In this document: positions 1 through 12,079 of the stretch, one piece after another
Position numbering within the stretch: the first letter of the stretch is position 1
Layout of the letters: the number at the start of each line of letters is the position of its first letter
Origin: Eledone cirrhosa
Taxonomy: Eukaryota
Direction: 5' to 3'
Length of the DNA stretch: 64,000 nucleotides
NCBI GenBank assembly: GCA_964016885.1
Contig: OZ024745.1
Location: 124,062,001 to 124,126,000, forward strand
Notes under the pieces: model-generated
Database searches by the model: none
The model's input: the letters and a program-made list of their open reading frames with translations, nothing else
What the model was told of the DNA's origin: nothing
Position numbers and translations under genes: made by a program

Positions 1-296
1 TTATAGGGGATTAATGTGTGTAATGTGTGTTATAGGGGATTAATGTGTGTAATGTGTGTTAAATTTTAATTTGATATTTTGGCTCCTAATTCATTTCTGT
101 ATGTAAGTAAAGCTTCTAAAGTTGAATGGTTCTGAGCTGCTGTTTTTAGCAGTCTTTTGGTCTATTCACACCACCATGGGCTATATAACACATGTATTTC
201 CTCTATACTATGTGTGTTTTCTTAGTTATCTGATATATTTATATGGAAGTGTTGAATGAAATGATGAATGAATGAAGTGTTGATCGTATTGCTAGG

Positions 297-378
297 CACC
301 CACTGATGAGCTACATCTACAATATAGATTCTTCACTTTTTATAGCGAAACATGCTCTTATTTGAGCATGTCCGAGTG
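297..378 (+). ncRNA. Type I hammerhead ribozyme motif, stem I partly degenerate (family H1)
   Basis: CTGATGA 303-309; stem II closed by GCTA/TAGC; GAAA 347-350; stem III CATGCTC-ttattt-GAGCATG; GTC triplet 370-372. Stem I CACCCA/CGAGTG has 2 mismatches. Confidence 0.75.
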
Positions 379-851
379 ATGTTGTTATAATCGGATGGTT
401 AGTACTCTTTGATATATTCTTTTTATTGATTTGTATTCCCCATTCCTTCCGTAGGTTATATGTTCATCACTCTGGTGGTTTTTGATCCCCTATGATTGAA
501 TACATATCTCCATGTGTACTTCGCTCTATATGGTGATTTATATATATGCATATATATATATATATATATATGTGTGTGTATATATGTGTATTGCACAGTT
601 TCCCACAATATGTAGCATCTACTGTATATATAATCTATATAAGCGCAGGTGTGGCTGTGTAGTTATGAAGAGTTATGAAGAGTGCTTCACATCTACAGGG
701 TTTCAGGGTCATTCTTAAAAATTTAAAATATAGAAATCTGAAAAAGTTTCTAAAAGATTTGTTAAAGTTTAAGCAGAGGGATGTTTATTAAGCTAATGTG
801 CAATGTAGTTTATAGATATTGTATATCAACACTATCATCATCACCATATAA

Positions 852-1066
852 CCCTTTAGTATTTACATTATATACTATTGTATTTTCATAGTGAAGGCTT
901 TATCTCACATAATTATATCACATAAATATTGAATCTATGAGATTTTGATATTATTTATTTTGAGAACAATACCTGAACATAAGTATGAGCAGCCACTTAC
1001 AGCTGATTTGTACAGAAAGCAGTGAGAGAATTCTGGCCAGATACAGCTGGCTTAAATGCTAAAGGG
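852..1066. mobile_element. piggyBac-like MITE, family pB-A
   Basis: Termini CCCTTTAG...CTAAAGGG, flanked by ATAA/TTAA; five other copies in the window. Confidence 0.75.
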
Positions 1067-1290
1067 TTAATGTCTATTTCTCATACTGGCACCAGTTACA
1101 TGTATTGTCACATTTTGAGGCTAGATAGGTCAGCTCACCACATCATGCTCATACAGTCATTTTTGGCAGGGTTTCCATGGCTGGATGCCGATCACTTTAG
1201 AGTATGTACCTGGAGCATTATATCGAAATACATTTTACATATACTGTATATATAACCCTTGCTAGCAGGGAAAACAAACTTTAAATGATA

Positions 1291-1473
1291 ATTGTTTCTA
1301 CAATAGGCACAAAGCCAGCAATTATCCCAGTGTATTACTGGTACTTTATTTTATCGACCCTGTAAGGATGAAAGGCAAAGTTAACCTTGACGGGATTTGA
1401 ACTCAGAATGGCAAGGGCCGTAACTCTATGCGTCAAAGCATGGCGTCTGACCCTCTACCGATACTGCCAATTC
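1291..1473 (-). mobile_element. tRNA-derived SINE, family S1
   Basis: Reverse complement has A box TGGCAGTATCGG, B box GAGTTCAAATCC and the shared body (ggtcgataaaataaagtaccagt); more than 10 copies in the window. Confidence 0.85.
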
Positions 1474-1692
1474 AATGATGATAATATATTAAAAGTATAT
1501 TGACTGGATTTTTGTGGATGAAATGCTTTATTGAAATACAAATAAAATTTTAAAAGTAAAAAGATGCTGTGTATGTCCATTAGAAGTACAATTAACAATG
1601 TGTATGAAACAATAAATGTATACTGAATTATCATCAACTGAATACTTTATATCTCGGTTAACAGCAGGTATGTTTCTAGTAAACACACATAC

Positions 1693-1696
<4 letters not shown>

Positions 1697-1725
<29 letters not shown>

Positions 1726-1784
1726 TGTATGCATGCATGTATGTATGTATGCATGCATGTATGTATGTATGTATGCATACATAC

Positions 1785-1817
<33 letters not shown>

Positions 1818-1852
1818 TGTATGCATGTATGCATGTATGTATGTATGTATGT
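1697..1852. repeat. (ATGT)n microsatellite
   Basis: Direct reading. Confidence 0.95.
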
Positions 1853-2262
1853 AGGGAGAGATGACCCCTTAGCCTTTGTCAAGGCAGAATTCTAGGAGAA
1901 GGAAAACTCTGATATAACACCTGCAACCCTGATGGTATCCAATGATGTTGACTTCTTCTTCTTTTTGGTAAATATCATCTTGGTCAAGAGAGTGGGACTG
2001 GCTTTGTGCAGTGCCTTTGCTCACTATAAAAGCTTCACGGCACAGGCATTGCTTTATATCTGGAGATCTCTCTGCCCTTGTCGTCACATGGTACCATGGG
2101 CCCAGCACTATGTCTCGGTAATTGTCACAAATGTAGTGTTTGAACCAGAGTTTTCAAGTCGCTGGCTAGACTAAAAAGTCACACTTGTTCAGCGCATCGG
2201 TAGGGGTTCTCCTACATGGATATAAAGTAGTGGCCGTACTCGAAAACGAGTTGGCAGCCACC
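1853..2262 (+). mobile_element. Non-coding, probably retro-derived element embedded in (ATGT)n
   Basis: Flanked on both sides by (ATGT)n; CTAGGAGAAGGAAAACTCTGA resembles RTE-type 5' UTR sequence; 3' stem-loop abuts the repeat tail. Confidence 0.45.
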
Positions 2263-2723
2263 ATGTATGTATGTATGTATGTATGTATGCATGCATGTAT
2301 GTATGTATGTATGTATGTATGTATGTATGTATGTATGCATGCATGTATGTATGTATGTATGTATGTATGTATGTATGTATGTATGTATGTATGTATGTAT
2401 GTCTCAAGAATCTTGCAGAACAAATATATATAATATATACACACACATACATTCTTATACATACACAAACACACACACACACACACACTCATGCATATAC
2501 ACAGACGCAGGTACATATAAACCACGCACAGTAATATTAATGCTGATGTTGCTGATGGGGATGGTTATTGTATATATATATACACATACATATATACATA
2601 TATACACACATATATATATATATACATACATATATACATATATATATATGTACATATATACATATATATATATATGTACATATATATACACACACACATA
2701 TATATATATATATACACACACAC

Positions 2724-2764
<41 letters not shown>

Positions 2765-2869
2765 CATACATATATACATATATATACACACATGCACACA
2801 CACATATATATAAATACATACATATATACATACATATATATATATACATATATATACACACACACACAC

Positions 2870-2903
<34 letters not shown>

Positions 2904-3013
2904 TTATATATATGTATATATATACACACACACATATATATACATATATACGTATATACATATATATATATATACATATACATATATATATATACATATA
3001 TATATGTATATAT

Positions 3014-3048
<35 letters not shown>

Positions 3049-3092
3049 CATACATACACACACACACATATATATATATATGTGTGTGTGTG

Positions 3093-3160
<68 letters not shown>

Positions 3161-3175
3161 TATATATATATATAA
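2263..3175. repeat. Compound (ATGT)n, (CA)n and (TA)n microsatellites
   Basis: Direct reading. Confidence 0.95.
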
Positions 3176-3449
3176 TATTTTTGCTCTTGTTTTAATGTAA
3201 AAGTAATTACGATTACTAGAACAGGTTTTCAACTTATTCCAACATTTCATCGTGATGGTAACGGTAATTGGTAAAAGAATAAAGGATAACATCAGCAAAA
3301 GTTTAAGCCACTATTTGACAAGCCTAGCACATTTTATTGTATGACACAACACTAAGATGATTCCATTCTTTGACAGCAGCCATTGCAATTCTCTTAACTA
3401 TTTTTCTTCTTATTTTTTTTTCTTTTAATTCTAATTCTAATTTTCACTC

Positions 3450-3453
3450 AATT

Positions 3454-3484
<31 letters not shown>

Positions 3485-3489
3485 TCTAT

Positions 3490-3524
<35 letters not shown>

Positions 3525-3865
3525 TCTATTTACTTATTTATTTATCTATTTATTTATTTATTTATTTGTTACTCTTCTGGTTTTCTCTTTTTATATTTAT
3601 ATATGTTTCTTAATCTTATTTTTATTAAAGAAATAAAATATATTGATTTGATTGGATAGTCTACTTTTCTTTCTTTATCTATACCTCTTTTCGTCGGCGG
3701 CGGCGGTGGTGGTGGTGATGGTGGTGATGGTGGTGGTGGTGGTGGTGGTGGTGGTGGTGGTGGTGTTGTTGTTGTTGTTGTTGTTGTTGTTGGTCTTCTT
3801 CTTCTTCTTCTTCTTCTTCTTGTTTTTGTTTTTGTTTTTGTTGTTGTTCTCTTTCTTCTTCTCCA
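3450..3865. repeat. (TTTA)n and (GGT/GTT/CTT)n simple repeats
   Basis: Direct reading. Confidence 0.9.
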
Positions 3866-4382
3866 AAAATCTTATATATTTCTCAGTCTATTACAAATAC
3901 AGCTATTCTCTTCAGTGTGCTAATTAAAAATATAAAAATCTCATTCTCATTTTGGTGTGCTTATTAAAAGTATAAAAGTCTCTTACATTCTATATATCTT
4001 TTTCTTTTTTTTATGTTTTTCCTTATTTTTTTGTCTTTATTTTAACTTCTCTGTATAGATTATTTCCAAGAAATTTGTTTTCTCTGAAAGAGATATTGTG
4101 ACATTAATGTGGCAACTTGGCAGTAGAAATGACCCTTCACATATTGTTTAGCTGCAGTGAAGAAAGAAAGATTGGCATTGCTATGATTGCACCTGAGAGC
4201 TAAATTATATATTTACAAAATTCTTTTCATGGCCATATTGTAATTTTTTTCTGTTTTATTTCTGTTTTTTTTTTCTGTTTTTTTTTTTGTTTGTTGTTTT
4301 ATTTTTATTTTTATTATAACTTTCTCGTCTGTTTGTAAATATCTACCTTTTTATGTTGAGAAATAATAATGCCTAGTATTAT

Positions 4383-4567
4383 GTGGATTGGCAGTATCGG
4401 TAGAGGGTCGGACGCCATGCTTTCCAGCATAGTTACGTCCCTTTACGATCTGAGTTCAAATCCCGCCGAGGATGACTTTGCCTTTCATCCTTACGGGGTC
4501 GATAAAATAAAGTACCAGTAATGCACTGGGTAATTGCTGGTCTTGTGCCAAAAGTAGAAACAATTAT
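4383..4567 (+). mobile_element. tRNA-derived SINE S1, full length
   Basis: A box TGGCAGTATCGG, B box GAGTTCAAATCC, tail GTAGAAACAATTAT. Confidence 0.9.
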
Positions 4568-4619
4568 AATAAAATGTCTTATTTTTGCAGTCAATAAGGG
4601 CAAAGGCTTCCTTCTCCTC

Positions 4620-4637
4620 CTCATCATCATCTTCATC

Positions 4638-4699
<62 letters not shown>

Positions 4700-4822
4700 C
4701 ATTACCATCATCCCCATCACCATCATCAACATCTTCATCATCATCATCATCATCATCATCATAATCATCATTGTGTTCATCATCATAATCATCATCATCA
4801 TCATCATCATTATCATCATCAT
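4620..4822. repeat. (CAT)n microsatellite
   Basis: Direct reading. Confidence 0.95.
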
Positions 4823-4858
4823 CTGGGTTCAATAAAGTCTACTACTGGGGTTGATTAA

Positions 4859-5490
4859 CCTGTGACTGCCATGTATATTTTACACAGCTACAGTTGCTGT
4901 GCCAGTTTTTTTCCAGTAAAATGACTATTTTGTTAAACAAACATTTATTAACAATACATATCTGAATGGTCGACAAATGTCACATAAATAAACTAGTAAC
5001 CCCATCTAGCTTTGAAGTTATGAACTGTTGGGAATGAGTTCATAACTTTGAAGTTATAAACTGTTGGAAACGAATTCATAACTTTGCTGTAGTGTGTGAG
5101 AGAGAAGACTGCACTGGTATGGACATGTGATGCACATGGAGGATGACCGTTGGGTAAAGAAGTGCCAAGAAATCCCAGTAGAAGGAAGACGCAGTCGAGG
5201 AAGACCACGATAAACATAAGCGGAGGTGGTGAGAGCTGACCTCAGAGTGCTGAAGCTCATAGAGGAGATGACGAAGGACCGTGATGAATGGAGAGATGAT
5301 GTGTTGAATAGGACCCGTCACACTCTTGCAAGCAGGGAAAAGTGGACATAAAATGATGATGATGATGATGATGATGAAGTTATTGAACTGTTAGAAAAGA
5401 GTTCAAAGATGTTAGGATAAGTTATCTCATTTGTGGCACTGGAATTCATACATGTTAGGATGGGTTATCTTGTCTACGGCACTGAAGAGA
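4859..5490. mobile_element. piggyBac-like MITE family pB-B, interrupted by an RTE fragment
   Basis: TTAA flanks; homologous uninterrupted copy at 52113-52422; internal ~32-bp repeats (TTTGAAGTTATGAACTGTTGG...). Confidence 0.7.
5087..5376 (+). mobile_element. RTE LINE 3' fragment, subfamily B
   Basis: Translates to ERRLHWYGHVMHMEDDRWVKKC...RSRGRPR and ends in a (GAT)n tail. Confidence 0.9.
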
Positions 5491-7180
5491 TTAATATAAT
5501 GGACTATACTCCATTTTGTTTCAAATTATTCTAACAATAAGAGATTTGAAGAATCTCGGATTGTTGTTTGTGAAAAAAGAACAATTCTGAAAAACTGAAA
5601 ATTAGTGTTAGAAAAGTTCTGCTAAAAGTAATGAGAACACTTGTGCTGTGACCACACATATTATACCCCTTTCTTACAATATTTCTAATGAAAGATACAT
5701 ATAATTCAAATAGTTTTGAAAATAATTAAGTATTTGAAGAGATTTAGTAATATAACAAAATTTCTCATTATTAAACTGGTGTTTGGAATATAACTTAACA
5801 AAGGTTTTTACATAAGATTATGATGGAAGAGTCTGAGATAGATATAAATATTTTAAAGTAAATTGTTTTGAATGATAGAATGAAGGGCATCAAAGACAAC
5901 AATGGGTAAAACTGCCTCAGAACAGGACAGAGACCAGCAGCCAGCGGTTGGCAGAGAGTCAATCCATGAGCTGGCCAATACCTAGATGAAACACAGAAGA
6001 GATTGAGAGAGGATTAGGGCAAGGACAAACGTATAGGTGTACAGAAGTCACTGGAAGAAGGCAATAAATAAAGGTAATATATAAGACAAGTTCACACACA
6101 CATCTTCACCCTCATCAGCTCTCAAACCAGCAAAATGGTTTCGCACGATTTAATTTGAGAGTATCATTTTGCTTGAAATCTGAAAAATCTATTTGCTGAA
6201 CAAATATATGATTAAAACATTTTAGTTGCTTGTAATTGTAGTATCACAGTTTTGGAGTGGAGCAAAGCTGATTGAATTGATAGGATGGAAGTCTATTGAT
6301 CAAAGAGTTTAATTGATTTGGTGACCTCAGCCTCAAAGAGGCTAGTTCCTACCTCTAGAAGCACCTCATTTACATCAGAAGACGTAACTGGATTTAGGAG
6401 ATCAGTAAAATATTCTCTCTACTATGCATGGCTGCACCTCTCTTCAGAGAGAAGAATACCAAATGAGTTCCTGATAACATGCATGCAAAAGGATTTCTTA
6501 TTATGAATTTGACAGATGGTGTGCTAGAATACTTTATATGCTAAAATAAAGTTGAATTCCAGCTTAACACCAAAGTCCTGCTATGTATTAACCTTGGGCA
6601 CCTTTATTGTCTCTCCTGTGACTTTTCATGCAAGTGCAAGAAGGAAGACTTATTTACTTATTTCCTAGCTTTATTGAACCAGGGATACTCCTGCCATCCA
6701 GCGCCATGCTGAGTCACTTTCATTTGCAATAGTTAACATCTGTTAAATTTTGCATAAACAAATCCTTAGTTCAGCAAATAGATTTTTGAGATTTCAAATT
6801 CTGTGAATTTTCTCTCCAGATAAATACATATGGCAAATGTACAGTTCCAAGCCAATCTTAACTAAGCAGAACTATTATCAAAAGCATCCCAGCCTCGACT
6901 ATCCGATTATTTTAGTGGTTAGCAGGAATTCTTATAAATCCTTAATTTCCATTCAATGCTGTATTGTATATGGGTTCATCATGGTTTTGTAACATATTAG
7001 TTTTCTAATGAAAAGTAGTTACTAGCCCCTTGCTCAGTCACTCTCCATTTCTGGAGGACAGGAGACTATGAATGATCCCACACAAACCTTCCAACAACAC
7101 AATGTAGCCGGTTTTGGTGGGGAGAGAAAGAGAGAAAGGAAAGAGAGTAGAGAGAGAGAAACAGTGAGTGAGAGATAGCT

Positions 7181-7224
<44 letters not shown>

Positions 7225-8039
7225 TTTAGCACAGCATTAACAAAGCTTTTGGCGGCGGCCAAGCTAATGAATGCAGCTTAGCACTCGATGGAGAATAATA
7301 CCCCAGAGTTATAACAATACATTTAGACAGCTTTGTAAATCAAATATAGCGACCGACAGTCTAGCCGCATTGCCATAGCAACGAAAAAAAATGAACTCAG
7401 GAAAAGATTTTGACTGACCTGGACCATCACGTGGACATCGAATACAACACATAACGCATAACGTATAGCATACAATATACATCACATATAACATACAACA
7501 TCCACACTAGGTTTCTGTAAATCCGAGATCGACTAATTTCGCTTGCCGGGGTCTGCAAATTAATGGCCTTTGACGACAGAACAAAGGATTTACTTCGTCA
7601 ACAAGTCTTGCATTCTATAGCCTCGACGAGTGTGTTTTCTAGCAGTAATTTCCGCTATAGTCACGTGGTTTTCCCAAAGGGAGGTAACCTCCGTTTTGGC
7701 GGTCAATTCGAAATTTGGGACAAAGGAATGAAATTCCCTTAGACAAACCGAATTAAGCATTCAACCAGAAGTTATCAAACAAATATATATATACATATAT
7801 ATATATAACAAAGATGGTGTGGTAAGATACCAGGTGGATCATAGCGCACCAGAGTACTCAATACTTGGGGTAGTAGAGTGGGTAATAGGAAAAGAGTTAG
7901 GACTCTGGCGGCTAGGCTCGGGCCATTTCGGCAGCTAGATCTGAACAGTTTGGATCTAGCTGTCAAAAGGGTCGGATCTTAGCGGGGGTCAATAAATAAA
8001 GTTCCATTCCAGCACTGATGAAAAAGTCAGTATTGAGCC

Positions 8040-8240
8040 TGCACGCTCAAAAGGCTGGTGCTTATCCCGATTTTCACAGTGTTAAACCCCCAGCTATTGC
8101 TGGTACTCATTTTCTGTTGAGTATACTGGAACAATGTGAAATAAAGTATTTTGCTTAAGAACACAACACACAGCCCAGTCCAGGAATCAAACCCATGATG
8201 TTATAATTGTAAGTCCAATACCCTTACGACTAGGCCACAT
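8040..8240 (-). mobile_element. CORE-type tRNA SINE, degenerate
   Basis: Reverse complement is homologous to 50965-51240 and to the head of 8608-8998. Confidence 0.7.
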
Positions 8241-8607
8241 TCCAGTTCTGGGATTGATATTTATTGTCTTTTTTCCCCTCTCTCTCTTCTTATCTCCCTT
8301 CATCTTCTTTGCTCTCTGGAAGAAATCAGCTGAGGAAGGCTATAATGCCAAAGGTGCCATACAATATTCTGACAGGAATTGTGACCAGTAGATAATATCA
8401 ACAATGGAAAGACCAATGGAAACATTGTTTCCTTACTCTGATTTGACAAGTTCCATCCCACTCGGTAAATGAATGAGATCTGGGATTTTGTCAATCAAAT
8501 TCTATTCCATATAGTAGGATCAAACTTGAAACTTCATAAGTGTAAATCAAAGCTGTTGATGACAGAGACATGACTGCACATATAGATAATTATCTAAACA
8601 TATATGT

Positions 8608-8998
8608 AGGCACATAGCTTAGTGGTTAGAGCATTGGCCTTGCAATCGAAAGGTTGTGAGTTCAATTCTCAGACCGGGTGATGTGTTGTTTCCTTGAGCA
8701 AGACACTTTATTTCACATTTCTCCAGTTTACTCAGCTGTAGAAATGAGATGATAGGACTGGGGTCCCTATCATTCCATTGCAAAGTGGTCGTGGAGGTGC
8801 CATGACAAAAAAAGCACCCAGCCCACACTGTAAAGTGGACGTGTAGGCACCACGGAAAAAAGCACCCAGCACTTACAGTAAATGAGGTTGGTGTTAGGAA
8901 GGGCATCCAGCTGTAGAAATCAAGCCAGAATCAGTTCACGTCCCACCCTTGCAAGCAGGGAAAAGCGGACGTAAAATGATGATGATGATGATGATGAT
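8608..8998 (+). mobile_element. CORE-type tRNA SINE with RTE-derived 3' part, family S2
   Basis: tRNA-like head (TAGCTTAGTGGTTAGAGC...GAGTTCAATTC), CORE-like CCTTGAGCAAGACACTT, RTE 3' UTR segment, (GAT)n tail. Confidence 0.85.
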
Positions 8999-9515
8999 AT
9001 CTTTGACAGGTAAATACTCATGAATGAAACAATCCATTTTGTTGGCGTCATACATATCAAAGATATTGTCTGGAATATTCCATCCTTGAGACATGCCCAA
9101 CAAACCCAAATAAATGGAGAAATAGATAAACAAATGAATGAATAAAAAAGGCTTTAGATAAATATAATTAAATACATATAAAAATAATCGAAAATACAAA
9201 AGAAAAGTGAAATAAATATGCTAAGAAAATTGTTAACAGGGAAAATACAAATAAAACTAAGCCAGGAGCAATAAACAAATATGTCTAAAACTAAATCTAT
9301 AACTCTGTTTCTGTGACATACATAACATACACTATCAATCTATCTATTTATCTATCGATCTATCTGTCTGTCTATCTGTCTGTCTGACTCTCTCTCTATC
9401 TATCTATCTTTCTATTTATCTATTTTTCTCTCTCTTTATATACATGTATGTATATATATCTATCTAAACCCATGCTAGCGTGGAAGATAGACATTAAACG
9501 ATGATGATGATGATG

Positions 9516-9546
<31 letters not shown>

Positions 9547-9635
9547 AGTATGTATATATATGTATGTATGAATTTATGCATGTATATTTGTATGCATGTA
9601 TATATATGTATGCATATAACATACACACACATATA

Positions 9636-9726
<91 letters not shown>

Positions 9727-9727
9727 G

Positions 9728-9758
<31 letters not shown>

Positions 9759-9794
9759 GTATGTATATATATATATGTATGTATATATATATAT

Positions 9795-9825
<31 letters not shown>

Positions 9826-9851
9826 GATATATTTATATACATACGCATCTA

Positions 9852-10107
9852 TAAGGGCATCCAGCTGTAGAAAACCCGCCAGACAGTCCACGCTGTAATG
9901 TGGCCGTGTAGGCAACACGGTAAAAACCTCCCAGCCCCACACTGTAAATGTGGTTGGTGTTAGGAAGGGCATCCAACTGTAGAAAATCCGCCAGACAGTC
10001 CTATGCGAGCAAGACAACCACTCTTGCCTCAAGTGGGAAAACTCCCGTCCAAACCCATGCAAGCATGGAACATGGACGTTAAACGATGATGATGATGATG
10101 ATGATGA

Positions 10108-10110
<3 letters not shown>
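9852..10110 (+). mobile_element. RTE 3' UTR or SINE tail fragment
   Basis: GTTAGGAAGGGCATCC motif, AACCCATGCAAGCATGGAA stem-loop and (GAT)n tail; similar to 39305-39478 and 56277-56472. Confidence 0.8.
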
Positions 10111-10151
<41 letters not shown>

Positions 10152-10240
10152 TTACATACGCATATATATATATATACGCGTATGTATATAAGTATATATA
10201 TATATATATATATGCGTATGTATATAAATATATCTATATA

Positions 10241-10299
<59 letters not shown>

Positions 10300-10589
10300 T
10301 TTATTTTGTATTGCAGATAGACAGAAAAGATTTAAAAATTTTTCTCATCACAAACAGAAAATAAATCAAGACAGCCAGAAGAGTACCTTTGTAAATACAA
10401 ACACTGTCAACTGTGATATTATTCTGTTCTCAAATAATAAATCAATTTTGTTTAAGTTTGCTGGTTCATTAGAATCTGGAAATAATAACATTAAGTGGGT
10501 AGATGCTTCACATGGTGTAGATTTGGCCAATATAACTGTACCAACCACAGCAACACCAGTGACAGTAACAATACCTACAATACCAATAA

Positions 10590-10847
10590 GAACAATTACA
10601 ACAGAAACAATAGTGAGATATGTAACTAACAATACCAACTATGAAAAAGAACAAGAACAGGAATAACATTAGCAATAAAGAGAGAGTCACAACGACAACA
10701 ACGAAGGCAACAACAACAATAACAACAACAAAAACAACAATTACAACAACAATAACAACAATTACAACAAAAACAATAGCAAGATATATAACTAACAATA
10801 CCAACTATAAAGTACAACAGGAATAACGTTATCAATAAGAGAGAGTC

Positions 10848-10882
<35 letters not shown>

Positions 10883-10952
10883 AGCAAGATATATAACTAA
10901 CAATACCAACTATAAAATACAACAGGAATAACGTTATCAATAAGAGAGAGTC

Positions 10953-10987
<35 letters not shown>

Positions 10988-11500
10988 AGCAAGATATATA
11001 ACTAACAATACCAACTATAAAATACAACAACAGGAATAATGTTATCAATAAGAGAGAGTCACAACAACAACAACAACAACAACAACAAAAACAATAGCAA
11101 GATATATAACTAACAATGCCAACTATAAAATACAACAGGAATAACGTTATCAATAAGAGAGAGTCACAACAACAACAACAACAACAACAACAAAAACAAT
11201 AGCAAGATATATAACTAACAATACCAACTATAGAATACAACAACAGGAATAATGTTATCAATAAGAGAGAGTCACAGCAACAACAACAACAACAACAATG
11301 ACAATAGCAAGATATATATATATATATATATACCGTATTTCCCGGCGCCGAAGACGCTTGTTTTTGACAACCAAAAATTTGAAATAAAATAATAAACAAC
11401 CTTCGGCCTCCAGGACATATGGTAGATTTTTGAAACTTATTTTCGGAAACAAGTAGCGTCTTCGATGCCAGGAAATATGGTATCAATACCAACTATAAAA
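10590..11500. repeat. Minisatellite of ~100-bp units with an embedded (CAA)n tract, about 7 units
   Basis: Recurrent CAATAGCAAGATATATAACTAACAATACCAACTATAA...AATAAGAGAGAGTCA(CAA)n. Confidence 0.9.
11333..11480. mobile_element. Tc1/mariner-type (CCGTA-terminus, pogo/Tc2-like) MITE
   Basis: TIRs CCGTATTTCCCGGCGCCGAAGACGC and GCGTCTTCGATGCCAGGAAATATGG, TA on both sides. Confidence 0.8.
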
Positions 11501-11520
11501 ACAACAACAACAGAAATAAT

Positions 11521-11689
11521 TGTTTCTACTTTTGGCACAAGGCCAGCAATTACCCAGTGCATTACTGGTACTTTATTTTATCGACCCCGTAAGGATGAAA
11601 GGCAAAGTTAACCTCGGCGGGATTTGAACTCAGAATGGCAAGGGCCGTAACTCTATGCATCAAAGCATGGCGTCCGACCCTCTACCGAT
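11521..11689 (-). mobile_element. SINE S1 with 11-bp target-site duplication (TSD)
   Basis: ACAGAAATAAT at 11510-11520 and 11690-11700. Confidence 0.9.
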
Positions 11690-11786
11690 ACAGAAATAAT
11701 ACAAACAAAGTAGCAAAAAATTACAATGACAATAACAGCAGCATCAACAATAGCAACAACAGTGAGAGTAACGATGATGAAAGATA

Positions 11787-12004
11787 TAGTGGTTTCTGAT
11801 ATAGGCGCAAGGCCAGCAATTTGGGGAGGGGCAAGTCGATTAAGTCGACTCCAGTTCATTACTGGTACTTTATTTTATCGACCCAGTAAGGATGAAAGGC
11901 AAAGATAACCTTGGCGGTATTTGAACTCAGAATATATAGGGACGTAACTCTATGCTGCAAAGCATGGTGTCTGGTGCTCTACCGATTCTGTCAATCTACT
12001 GCCC
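11787..12004 (-). mobile_element. SINE S1, older variant subfamily
   Basis: Same body with an extra GGGGAGGGGCAAGTCGATTAAGTCGACTCC segment. Confidence 0.8.
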
Positions 12005-12079
12005 TAAAAGATATGAAGTTAGATAAAAATAAAAGATATAACAGTAAGAACAACAGCATTAGCAAGCCTAACAATAAAA

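Noticed and set aside
2190-2262. HDV-like or twister ribozyme
   Set aside because: Only nested stem-loops; I could not find the required pseudoknot pairings or conserved residues.
7915-7975. Hammerhead on the - strand (hairpin followed by GAAA)
   Set aside because: Upstream box reads CTTTTGA, not CTGANGA, and no UH site or stem I is present.
8608-8680. tRNA gene (also 39522-39595)
   Set aside because: Acceptor and anticodon stems do not pair, and the sequence continues into a SINE body.
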